Made by a program: the position numbers and the translations under genes. A stretch of DNA of 64,000 bases from a bacterium. Its GTDB lineage: Bacteria; Patescibacteriota; Gracilibacteria; Peribacterales; Peribacteraceae. The stretch is taken from NCBI GenBank assembly GCA_027623015.1, contig JAQBVR010000002.1, positions 6,258 through 70,257 on the forward strand, given 5' to 3'. Of the stretch, positions 56,326-64,000 are shown piece after piece. Below the pieces are notes generated by a model. That model searched no databases. It was not told the origin of the DNA and worked only from the letters and a program-made list of their open reading frames with translations. Positions within the stretch are counted from its first letter, which is position 1. Each line of letters opens with the position of its first letter.

Positions 56326-57345
56326 ATGAACATTGCGATAAACGGATTTGGACGCATCGGTCGACAGACACTGCGCATCATTCAAGAAAGTCACCCCGAG
56401 ATGAACGTAGTACTCATAAATGACTTAACCGATGGAGCAACCCTTGCACATCTCTTTGAATTTGATAGTACATACGGCCACTATGATTGTGGTGGAGCAT
56501 GTTTCAAAGATGGACTGCTTTCGTCAAAGCACGGAAAGATCCGCACAACAGCAAGCAAAGATCCCTCTACTCTGCCGCACAAAGAACTCGACGTAGATGT
56601 TGTTCTGGAGTGTACTGGAGTTTTTCGCGACAGAGAGGGTTGTGAACTACACCTAAAAGCTGGTGCGAAGAAGGTTATCATATCTGCTCCTGCCAAAAGT
56701 GAAATAGACGGAACTTTTGTCATCGGAGTAAATGAACACCTCTATGACAGTGCAACGATGAACATCGTCTCAAACGCTTCATGTACAACGAACTGCTTAG
56801 CTCCAATGGCGAAAGTTCTTCACGATAGCTTTGGCATCAAGAGTGGTCTTATGACGACTATCCATAGCTACACAAACGACCAACGCCTTCTCGACCTTCC
56901 TCATAAGGATATGAGGCGTGCTCGTGCTGCAGCAGTGAACATCATACCAACGACTACAGGAGCAGCAGTCGCTGTAGGACTCGTTCTTCCAGAGCTCGCA
57001 GGCAAACTCGATGGTATGTCTATTCGTGTCCCTACACCTACAGGAAGCATCACTGACCTGACAGTAGTAGTAGAGAAAGCTACAGACGTGGATACTGTAA
57101 ATGCAGCATTCAAGGCAGCATCCGAAGGTCCAATGAAGGGAATACTTGGTTATGAGGACCGTCCATTAGTGCTTACTGATTTTGTTGGTGATCCACGTAG
57201 CTCCATTATCGATGCACCATCTACAAAAGTCATTACTTCCGAAGATGGAACCTGCATGGTCAAAACTCTTTCGTGGTACGACAACGAATGGGGTTACAGT
57301 AGCCGCCTCGTAGACCTCGCGAAGATGATGTGCGAGGCGCTTTAG
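56326..57345 (+). CDS. gap: Type I GAPDH (NAD-dependent type)
   Basis: INGFGRIGR, INDLTD, SNASCTTNCLAP, RRARAAA.NIIPTTTGAA, WYDNEWGY. Confidence 0.96.
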   Translation: MNIAINGFGRIGRQTLRIIQESHPEMNVVLINDLTDGATLAHLFEFDSTYGHYDCGGACFKDGLLSSKHGKIRTTASKDPSTLPHKELDVDVVLECTGVFRDREGCELHLKAGAKKVIISAPAKSEIDGTFVIGVNEHLYDSATMNIVSNASCTTNCLAPMAKVLHDSFGIKSGLMTTIHSYTNDQRLLDLPHKDMRRARAAAVNIIPTTTGAAVAVGLVLPELAGKLDGMSIRVPTPTGSITDLTVVVEKATDVDTVNAAFKAASEGPMKGILGYEDRPLVLTDFVGDPRSSIIDAPSTKVITSEDGTCMVKTLSWYDNEWGYSSRLVDLAKMMCEAL

Positions 57346-57803
57346 GCTGCTTTGTTTTTCCTAGGGCCCATGCAACCAGCATCTCTATCTATTCCTCGAA
57401 GTATTTTATCTGTATAGCTAAGTCTATTTACGGTATAGCTTGAATCTGACTCTGCAGCTGCAGCATATTCCAATGCAACTTTTCCATATGGATCTTTCTT
57501 TAGCCACCTCTCTACAACCTTTGGGATTCTTTCGTCTTCTTTGCCAACAGATTGAAACGCAGCATCTAGAACTTGTTTGAAAATTCGACTTTTTGGTGTC
57601 CACTGCAGTACTGCCATCATCTTTGCGTATATTTCCCATGCAGAAGCAGGGCTTCCTTTACTATGGACTGTTTCAGCTAAACTTAGCCATGCTTCATATT
57701 CTTCATGTGAAAGAACTTGAATATCATTCAGCATCTTTCGAATGGATACAATGGACTGTGATTCTGGAGCCGACTCTTCATCATGTAATTTGACTTCACT
57801 CAT
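57342..57803 (-). CDS. Hypothetical helical protein
   Basis: 153-aa ORF with a -10 hexamer (TAAAAT) 6 nt before the ATG. Confidence 0.6.
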   Translation of the reverse strand: MSEVKLHDEESAPESQSIVSIRKMLNDIQVLSHEEYEAWLSLAETVHSKGSPASAWEIYAKMMAVLQWTPKSRIFKQVLDAAFQSVGKEDERIPKVVERWLKKDPYGKVALEYAAAAESDSSYTVNRLSYTDKILRGIDRDAGCMGPRKNKAA

Positions 57804-57917
57804 TCGACTATTTTATGTATTTGTATTCATATAGCAATAATTTACCTGTTTACTTGTCCATTGCTTTTACCAAGTAGTGCCCCTGTATTTCTACAGCGAC
57901 ACTACTATATTTCATTC

Positions 57918-59846
57918 TTACTCTTCCTTTTTCTCATCTTCTTTGTCTTCGCTCTTCTCTCCCTCTTTCTCATCTACGATTTCTGCATCAACGATATCAT
58001 CTTTCTTCTCTCCGCCTGAACCTTCTTCTTGAGCTGCCTTCTGAGCGTCTTCATATATTACCTTTCCTATCTCTTGTGCTTCTGTTCCTAGTTCTTCAGT
58101 AGCTTTAGTAAGCTCCTCTGCTGTAGCATCTTCTTTCTTTAGGAGTTCTCGGAGGTCATTCATCTTGTCATTTACCTTCTTCTTGAGTTCATCATTGAGC
58201 TTGCTGTCATGTTCCCGCATTTGTTTTTCGAGATTAAATACGAGTCCGTCTGCACTGTTTCGAGCATCGATGAGAGCTTTCTTCTTTTTATCCTCTTCTG
58301 CGTTAATCTCTGCATCTTTCTTCATTTTTTCAACCTCTTCGTTACTTAGCCCTGTAGACCCTGTGATGCTGATGTGCTGCTCTTTGCCTGTTCCTTTATC
58401 TTTTGCCTTCACTGACAGGAGCCCATTTGTATCTATATCGAAGGTTACTTCTATCTGAGGGAGTCCACGAGGAGCGGGTGGAATGCCATCTAGAACAAAC
58501 CTTCCGAGCGACTTGTTATCTGCTGCAAGCTCGCGTTCTCCTTGAACGACGTGGATCTCAACAGAAGGCTGGTTGTCTGCAGCTGTCGAGAATACTTCAC
58601 TTTTACTTGTAGGTATCTTTGTATTCTTTTCGATGAGCTTCGTAGCGACTCCACCAAGTGTTTCTAGCCCAAGAGAGAGTGGTGTAACGTCTACTAGAAC
58701 GATGTCCTTATCGATGTCCCCAGACATAACTCCAGCTTGTATCGCAGCACCGATGGCAACTACCTCATCTGGGTTCACTCCTTTGTGCGGCTCTTTTCCA
58801 AAGAGCTTCTCCACCACAGCTTGCACTGCAGGCATTCGTGTCATGCCTCCTACAAGTACAACCTCATCTATGTCCCCCTTTGTGATCTTTGCGTCCTTTA
58901 GCGCTGTCTCGCAAGGCTTCACTGTTCGCTCTATAAGCTTCGCTACTAACGCGTCCAGTATTTGCCTCGTAAGTTTGAGGTTTACATGTTTCGGTCCGGT
59001 GTTATCTGCAGTGATAAATGGCAAGTTGATCTCTGTCTCTGTTGCAGAGCTTAGTTCGATCTTTGCTTTTTCTGCTGCTTCTTTAAGACGCTGTAGAGCA
59101 ATAGTATCTTTACTAAGATCTACACCTTCACTTTTCTTAAATTCCTCAAGGATCCACTGTATGATCTCAGAATCAAAATCATCTCCTCCGAGCTGTGTAT
59201 CTCCGTTTGTTGACAGTACTTCAAATACCCCATCTGCCATTTCAAGTACAGATACATCAAATGTTCCACCACCTAGATCATATACTGCAATCTTGTGCTC
59301 ATTCCCTTTTTCTAAACCATACGCAAGCGCTGCTGCTGTTGGCTCATTGATGATACGCAGTATTTCTAGTCCTGCGATCTCTCCTGCATCCTTAGTTGCT
59401 TGCCTTTGACTATCGTCAAAATAGGCTGGGACTGTGATGACTGCTTTTGTAACAGCTCCTCCTACATATGCCTCTGCATCTCTTTTTAGTTTCTGTAATA
59501 CCTTAGCACTTATCTCCTGTGGGAGCATTTCCTTTCCTGCAACCTCTATAACTGCTCGTGACTCTTTTCCACTCTTTACGACGTATGGTAACTGTTTTGC
59601 ATCTTTCTCAACTTCTTTGTATCGACGTCCTATGAATCTTTTTGCTGAGAATATTGTATTGGTAGGATTTGTTACTGCCTGCCTTTTTGCAGCTACTCCT
59701 ACAAGTGTTTCACCATCTTTAAATCCTACAACAGATGGCGTGGTGCGGTTACCTTCTGCGTTTGGAATAACAGTGGCTTCGCCTCCTTCTATTACAGCCA
59801 TACAGGAGTTTGTCGTTCCGAGGTCTATTCCGATTACTTTTGACAT
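57918..59846 (-). CDS. dnaK: Chaperone DnaK
   Basis: [38 protein letters not shown]. Confidence 0.98.
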   Translation of the reverse strand: MSKVIGIDLGTTNSCMAVIEGGEATVIPNAEGNRTTPSVVGFKDGETLVGVAAKRQAVTNPTNTIFSAKRFIGRRYKEVEKDAKQLPYVVKSGKESRAVIEVAGKEMLPQEISAKVLQKLKRDAEAYVGGAVTKAVITVPAYFDDSQRQATKDAGEIAGLEILRIINEPTAAALAYGLEKGNEHKIAVYDLGGGTFDVSVLEMADGVFEVLSTNGDTQLGGDDFDSEIIQWILEEFKKSEGVDLSKDTIALQRLKEAAEKAKIELSSATETEINLPFITADNTGPKHVNLKLTRQILDALVAKLIERTVKPCETALKDAKITKGDIDEVVLVGGMTRMPAVQAVVEKLFGKEPHKGVNPDEVVAIGAAIQAGVMSGDIDKDIVLVDVTPLSLGLETLGGVATKLIEKNTKIPTSKSEVFSTAADNQPSVEIHVVQGERELAADNKSLGRFVLDGIPPAPRGLPQIEVTFDIDTNGLLSVKAKDKGTGKEQHISITGSTGLSNEEVEKMKKDAEINAEEDKKKKALIDARNSADGLVFNLEKQMREHDSKLNDELKKKVNDKMNDLRELLKKEDATAEELTKATEELGTEAQEIGKVIYEDAQKAAQEEGSGGEKKDDIVDAEIVDEKEGEKSEDKEDEKKEE

Positions 59847-59869
59847 AGTAGTTTTGGGTAAGTTCAAAA

Positions 59870-59896
59870 TTAGCACTCGTGAGTTTAGAGTGCTAA
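59870..59896. promoter_or_regulatory. CIRCE element (HrcA operator)
   Basis: Perfect TTAGCACTC-N9-GAGTGCTAA upstream of dnaK. Confidence 0.95.
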
Positions 59897-59936
59897 TTTT
59901 AGTTCGTCAATACTATGTGTAGCATTTCTGCCATTT

Positions 59937-60068
59937 TTACTTACGCTTCTTACGTTTTTGAGAGTTTCTTTCTGTCTTTTGAGATTTACTCGCAATCTTC
60001 TTCTTTTCAGATACCATAAAAAATGAGTCTAGAAGTGGTGCATATCTGTCGAGGTGATCGTAATCCAT
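59937..60068 (-). CDS. Small basic protein (43 aa), below the ORF-track cutoff
   Basis: MDYDHLDRYAPLLDSFFMVSEKKKIASKSQKTERNSQKRKKRK; fills the dnaK-obgE gap. Confidence 0.45.
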   Translation of the reverse strand: MDYDHLDRYAPLLDSFFMVSEKKKIASKSQKTERNSQKRKKRK

Positions 60069-60163
60069 AGGTGTGTGTTTTTAGAAAGTAGTTATATTAT
60101 AACACATAGAATTAAAAGATGCAAATACTGGTAATTCTGCTAAATACTTGTACTATCTTCCAT

Positions 60164-61465
60164 ATGTTTCTAGATGAAGCCATTATCGATGTCTCTGGTG
60201 GAAATGGAGGTAACGGTTGCGTTAGCTGGCGTCGTGAGAAGTTTATACCAAGAGGGGGTCCAGACGGTGGTGACGGAGGAAGAGGAGCAAATATTTACAT
60301 GATTGCAAACTGCAATACAGATACGCTCAGTGATTTTGCCTCTAGAAAAGTCTACAAAGCAGAGCCAGGACAAGCTGGAGCTGGTCAAAGAAAAAAAGGT
60401 AGAAGTGGTGAAGATTTATTCCTACAAGTTCCACCAGGCACTCTCATCTGCTATGACGATGGAAAAATTATTGGTGATCTTTGCAATCACAAAGATCAGG
60501 TTCTAATAGCGAAAGGTGGTCGTGGTGGTTTTGGTAATGCTCATTTTAAAAGTTCTACGCGTCAAACTCCAGATTTTGCTGAAAAGGGAGAGCCATCTGA
60601 GAAGAAGAAAATCCATTTAGAGCTTAAACTCGTTGCCGATGTGGGCATCATCGGTTATCCAAGTGTTGGAAAATCTACATTGATCTCTGTAATTTCAAGC
60701 GCGAAGCCTAAAATTGCTGATTATGAATTTACGACACTCGTACCAAATCTCGGCGTTGTCTCTGTTGATGATCGCTCTTATGTGGTTTGCGATGTTCCTG
60801 GACTTATAGAGGGGGCAAGTTCTGGAAAAGGTTTAGGCCATCAATTCCTTAAACATATAGAACGTTGTGGTATTCTCGTTCATATTTTAGATGTACAAAG
60901 AGCTCTTATTTCTGGATCTTTGGATATGGACCAGTTGGTATTTGATTACAAAACTATTCGATCTGAGCTAGAGAAATTCTCCCCAGCTCTTATGCAACGA
61001 GATGAACTTGTTGTTATCAACAAAATTGATCTTGCACCAGATAGAGTAGATGAGATTGTTTCGTTCTTAACTGGAAAGGGCATCGTTGTATTTGGTGCTA
61101 TATCCAATGCTACTACTGAGGGTGTCGAAGAGTTCAAAACCAGACTTCTCCCTATAGTACTACGAAAGCGCACAGACCGAAAAAATGTCGTGGAGGAAGA
61201 GTCTATTGCTGTTCTTCAGCCACATCTTGAAACAAATGCTATGGGTTCCTATAGAATTGAGTCTGAAAAGGACGTTGTTAGAGTTTTTGGCAAGCGCATT
61301 GAACAGCTCACTTCCATGACGGAATTTGAAAGCGAGGGTGGAGTTCGTAGATTCAGAGACATCTGCGATCGTATTGGTTTGAAGCATGCAATTCGCCATG
61401 AAATTAAAGATTCTGATCGCAGAGTACTGATCGGCAACATAGATGTGACAGAGTATATTTTCTAA
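60164..61465 (+). CDS. obgE: GTPase ObgE/CgtA
   Basis: GGPDGGDGG, GYPSVGKST, FTTLVPNLG, DVPGLIEGA, NKID. Confidence 0.97.
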   Translation: MFLDEAIIDVSGGNGGNGCVSWRREKFIPRGGPDGGDGGRGANIYMIANCNTDTLSDFASRKVYKAEPGQAGAGQRKKGRSGEDLFLQVPPGTLICYDDGKIIGDLCNHKDQVLIAKGGRGGFGNAHFKSSTRQTPDFAEKGEPSEKKKIHLELKLVADVGIIGYPSVGKSTLISVISSAKPKIADYEFTTLVPNLGVVSVDDRSYVVCDVPGLIEGASSGKGLGHQFLKHIERCGILVHILDVQRALISGSLDMDQLVFDYKTIRSELEKFSPALMQRDELVVINKIDLAPDRVDEIVSFLTGKGIVVFGAISNATTEGVEEFKTRLLPIVLRKRTDRKNVVEEESIAVLQPHLETNAMGSYRIESEKDVVRVFGKRIEQLTSMTEFESEGGVRRFRDICDRIGLKHAIRHEIKDSDRRVLIGNIDVTEYIF

Positions 61466-61529
61466 TATCATCTTGATAGTACTTCACATATAGAGTGCTT
61501 TGCGGTACATTTTCCGCTGTGAGGACCGT

Positions 61530-61605
61530 GGCCCGGTAGCTCAGTTGGTAGAGCACCCGCCTGAAGAGCGGGGTGTCATCAGTTCAAATCTGATCTGGGC
61601 CACCA
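61530..61605 (+). tRNA. tRNA-Phe (GAA)
   Basis: Cloverleaf; anticodon arm CCCGC-CTGAAGA-GCGGG; CCA. Confidence 0.95.
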
Positions 61606-61674
61606 TAAATTATGGCTTGTGTAAGCCATTTATTTATATATAAAATAGATATATGAATATTAAACTGCAAAACG

Positions 61675-61907
61675 ACTGCTGGTACAACATCTGCATGAGC
61701 AAACCAAATAAGCTCAGGGTCAGTATGTTCCATATATAAGTATGGTGTACTGTCTATATCCCCTCTATGTATTCTGTGCTGAGTTTTTGAAAGAAACTCT
61801 GCCTCCAGCCAATCAAGACATTCTTTTTTGATTTCATTTACTCCTGCTACAGACTTAAATGAAATATATTTTGCCAAAAGTTTTATCATTTCTGAGTTCA
61901 TAGTCAA
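61675..61907 (-). pseudogene. Truncated M20-family metallopeptidase (N-terminal part only)
   Basis: L.KYISFKSV...WFAHADVVPA, after which homology is lost in AT-rich sequence next to tRNA-Phe. Confidence 0.7.
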
Positions 61908-62004
61908 AACATATACTGCCTCTTAGTTTTATAGTAAGTAAATGTTAATGATACTTGCTAAATACATATAAATATAGTATAATACTACAAGTTACGTATC
62001 CGCT

Positions 62005-63411
62005 ATGGATAAACACATAATGCAAAACAAATACCACCACATTGCCGCTCCAGTTCTTTCACTCTTTGCAGTCTTTACTCTTTTAGCTGTTTCTTCCAGA
62101 TCTTCTATTGAAAGATCATCACCAACTTATGTTTATGCTTGGCAAGCAAGTGTTGGCTCTTCTATTGCGATGATTCAAAAACCACAGCTTCATGCAAGTG
62201 TAAAGACAACAATGAATCAACGCATTGCAATGCGACTTCAAAGGAGACTTATCAAACATATGGCAGCAGCACCTTCTGTTCAAAGTCTTTCAAGTGCTAT
62301 AGACCAGAGACAACATCTTCTTCGTAATGCTACAACAATTACAATACTAGACCCCGATGGGTCTGAGCGTGGATCATGGGATGTATCGTTAAATTCATAT
62401 CCATCGTGGTTACAGTTAGACTTCTCCCTTACTTCTGCACGATTTACCATTAACCGCGAAGAGGTGTTGCGGACTATCGAAGAAGAGCTTCCTGTAGATA
62501 TTCTCCCTGTTACAGATATTTCTATAGATGAAATAGTTCTTCGAACTGATGAAGATTCTGTTTCACGCATTATTAGTGATACAGCAGGTGTTGTTGGTGA
62601 GGAGATCAATTATGAAGTTGCAGCAACTACAGTAGCTACTGCTTTAGAATCAGGACTAGAAGTAGCTGAGATTCACATTGATGTAAAATCCCCGAAGATT
62701 GCCAATGCTACAGATGTCGATTTGGGATCACTTGATCTTATCGCTACAGGGCGATCGAACTTTGCTGGTTCAGCATGGGGAAGAGATAGAAATGTACGCA
62801 AAGCACTCTTAGAGCATGTTCATAATTCTCTCGTTGCTCCTGGAGATGATTTTTCTTTCAATAGTACTCTTGAAGGGCCTGTGGCATTATGGAATGGATG
62901 GGAAATGGCTAAAGTCATATATAATGGTGGTGATCTGACGCTAGCTCCTGGTGGTGGGATATGCCAAGCTTCTACTACTTTATACAGAGCAATAGTAGAC
63001 GCTGGATTCCCAGTAAAAGACCGCAGAAGTCACAGCCTCTATGTTAGCTATTACAAGAAGTATGGTGTAGGAATAGATGCAGCTATATATCCAGGTTCAC
63101 AAGATCTAGTCTTTACAAACGACACTGACGAACATGTTCTCATTCAAGCGTATGTAGATGGTTCTGAAGCTGTTGTAAACTTTTATGGTAAAGATGATGG
63201 AAGAACTGTTGATCTTAAAGGGCCATACTTCTACGGGTCGGCTCCAGATGATCTCCTTGTACACGGTAGAGCTATAAACCCAACGGAGATAGTTTGGCTT
63301 CAAGATGTGCACTACGCAGATGGAAGGGATGAGAGCAATACCATTGTCTCTCGCTATAAAGAACTACCAGTTTCTGTTCGTATGCAATATGCATACGATC
63401 CTAGTGTGTAA
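62005..63411 (+). CDS. VanW-family protein
   Basis: FSFN, GGGICQASTTLYRA, R..HS..V.YY, G.DA.IY, DL.F.N. Confidence 0.9.
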   Translation: MDKHIMQNKYHHIAAPVLSLFAVFTLLAVSSRSSIERSSPTYVYAWQASVGSSIAMIQKPQLHASVKTTMNQRIAMRLQRRLIKHMAAAPSVQSLSSAIDQRQHLLRNATTITILDPDGSERGSWDVSLNSYPSWLQLDFSLTSARFTINREEVLRTIEEELPVDILPVTDISIDEIVLRTDEDSVSRIISDTAGVVGEEINYEVAATTVATALESGLEVAEIHIDVKSPKIANATDVDLGSLDLIATGRSNFAGSAWGRDRNVRKALLEHVHNSLVAPGDDFSFNSTLEGPVALWNGWEMAKVIYNGGDLTLAPGGGICQASTTLYRAIVDAGFPVKDRRSHSLYVSYYKKYGVGIDAAIYPGSQDLVFTNDTDEHVLIQAYVDGSEAVVNFYGKDDGRTVDLKGPYFYGSAPDDLLVHGRAINPTEIVWLQDVHYADGRDESNTIVSRYKELPVSVRMQYAYDPSV

Positions 63412-63439
63412 AAGCAATTAAATACTGTAGAGTAGCTGC

Positions 63440-63880
63440 ATGTCAGCTCGTACTGTCCTTATCGTACTTGTCGCACTCGGTATTCAGGCACCTTCCTGTA
63501 TTGGTGTTTCATATGCAGCAGATCTAGTAGAGAGTACTTCATCTCACTTTGATTATACTCTTGAAAACGAGCCAATGTCCCCTGGTTACCAGACGATCTA
63601 TACATGTGATACTGCTCCAGACGATTTATCTGATAGTGATCTTAGTAGTACAAATACTGGCTGTCAGGATGCTAATACTTGTATTCGATCAACATCATCA
63701 TCTTTTCGTGAAACCATAGTTTCAAATACAAATCATAAATCAAACGAAATCCTATTTGTAGTTTCATTACTGCCTGACACCTTTGCTCCAGATGCATTGC
63801 AACTCTTTCACACTCGCCTTGATCCTCCTCTATTAAAACATGCTCGATACTATGCACACATCCTCGTCAAACGAGAGTGA
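63440..63880 (+). CDS. Hypothetical exported protein
   Basis: Signal-like N-terminus and a Cys pair. Confidence 0.55.
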   Translation: MSARTVLIVLVALGIQAPSCIGVSYAADLVESTSSHFDYTLENEPMSPGYQTIYTCDTAPDDLSDSDLSSTNTGCQDANTCIRSTSSSFRETIVSNTNHKSNEILFVVSLLPDTFAPDALQLFHTRLDPPLLKHARYYAHILVKRE

Positions 63881-63953
63881 TTGTCAATATGCTTTAGCAT
63901 GCTATGCTTCTTCAAGAATTAGATTACTCTTATTTATTTTACCTTTAATTATC

Positions 63954-64000
63954 ATGTCTGAATTTCAAAGTAATAACCCTTGGTTTGGAGTCTCTATGGC
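63954..64000 (+). CDS. Start of a gene running off the window (MSEFQSNNPWFGVSM...)
   Basis: ATG after an AT-rich leader, open to the window end. Confidence 0.4.
   Translation, partial: MSEFQSNNPWFGVSM

Noticed and set aside
1-64000. CRISPR array, rRNA, reverse transcriptase/DGR or recognisable defence operon
   Set aside because: No regularly spaced 25-40-bp repeats, rRNA-like sequence or RT/cas motifs were seen.
1-64000. UGA-recoding (genetic code 25) as in Gracilibacteria
   Set aside because: Conserved genes are full length under code 11, and TGA ends genes such as 31460 and 44696.

Overview
Chromosomal window (roughly 40-45% GC by eye, genetic code 11) from a Patescibacteria/CPR bacterium, most likely Peribacteria/Peregrinibacteria. 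The taxonomy is inferred from CPR-typical genes: a baseplate-J-like protein, a sigma70-r4/HARE-HTH protein, a VirB2-like pilin and secG next to an SBP5 gene. Most of the window is housekeeping: pgk, xer, tyrS, rluD, pilB, ftsI-like, glmS, rpsT, ruvX, recA, dnaB, mraY, two gap genes, fbp, nadK, purA, prmC, rpsP, secG, rplI, proBCA, cca, nfo, dnaK with CIRCE, and obgE. There are three tRNAs: Val-TAC, the rare Ile-TAT, and Phe-GAA. An accessory island (about 42.96-50.1 kb) lies 3' of tRNA-Ile. It carries a PatB/MalY enzyme, a truncated sugar-modifying operon, a high-GC DEDDh nuclease and an IS3 remnant. The most notable unexplained signals are: (1) an ORF-free, roughly 420-nt, hairpin-dense region with its own sigma70 promoter between ftsI and glmS, a candidate large ncRNA; (2) a second, roughly 140-nt structured RNA after rluD; (3) a TGGCTT-N4-AAGCCA palindrome marking tRNA 3' ends and island borders, with a diverged ~75-bp att-arm duplication; (4) a symmetric dif-like site bracketed by DnaA boxes upstream of the single xer gene; (5) a GapB-type GAPDH paired with an SBPase-clade bisphosphatase; (6) a stand-alone degenerate AroE N-terminal domain. 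All calls come from reading the sequence by eye; no searches or folding programs were run.
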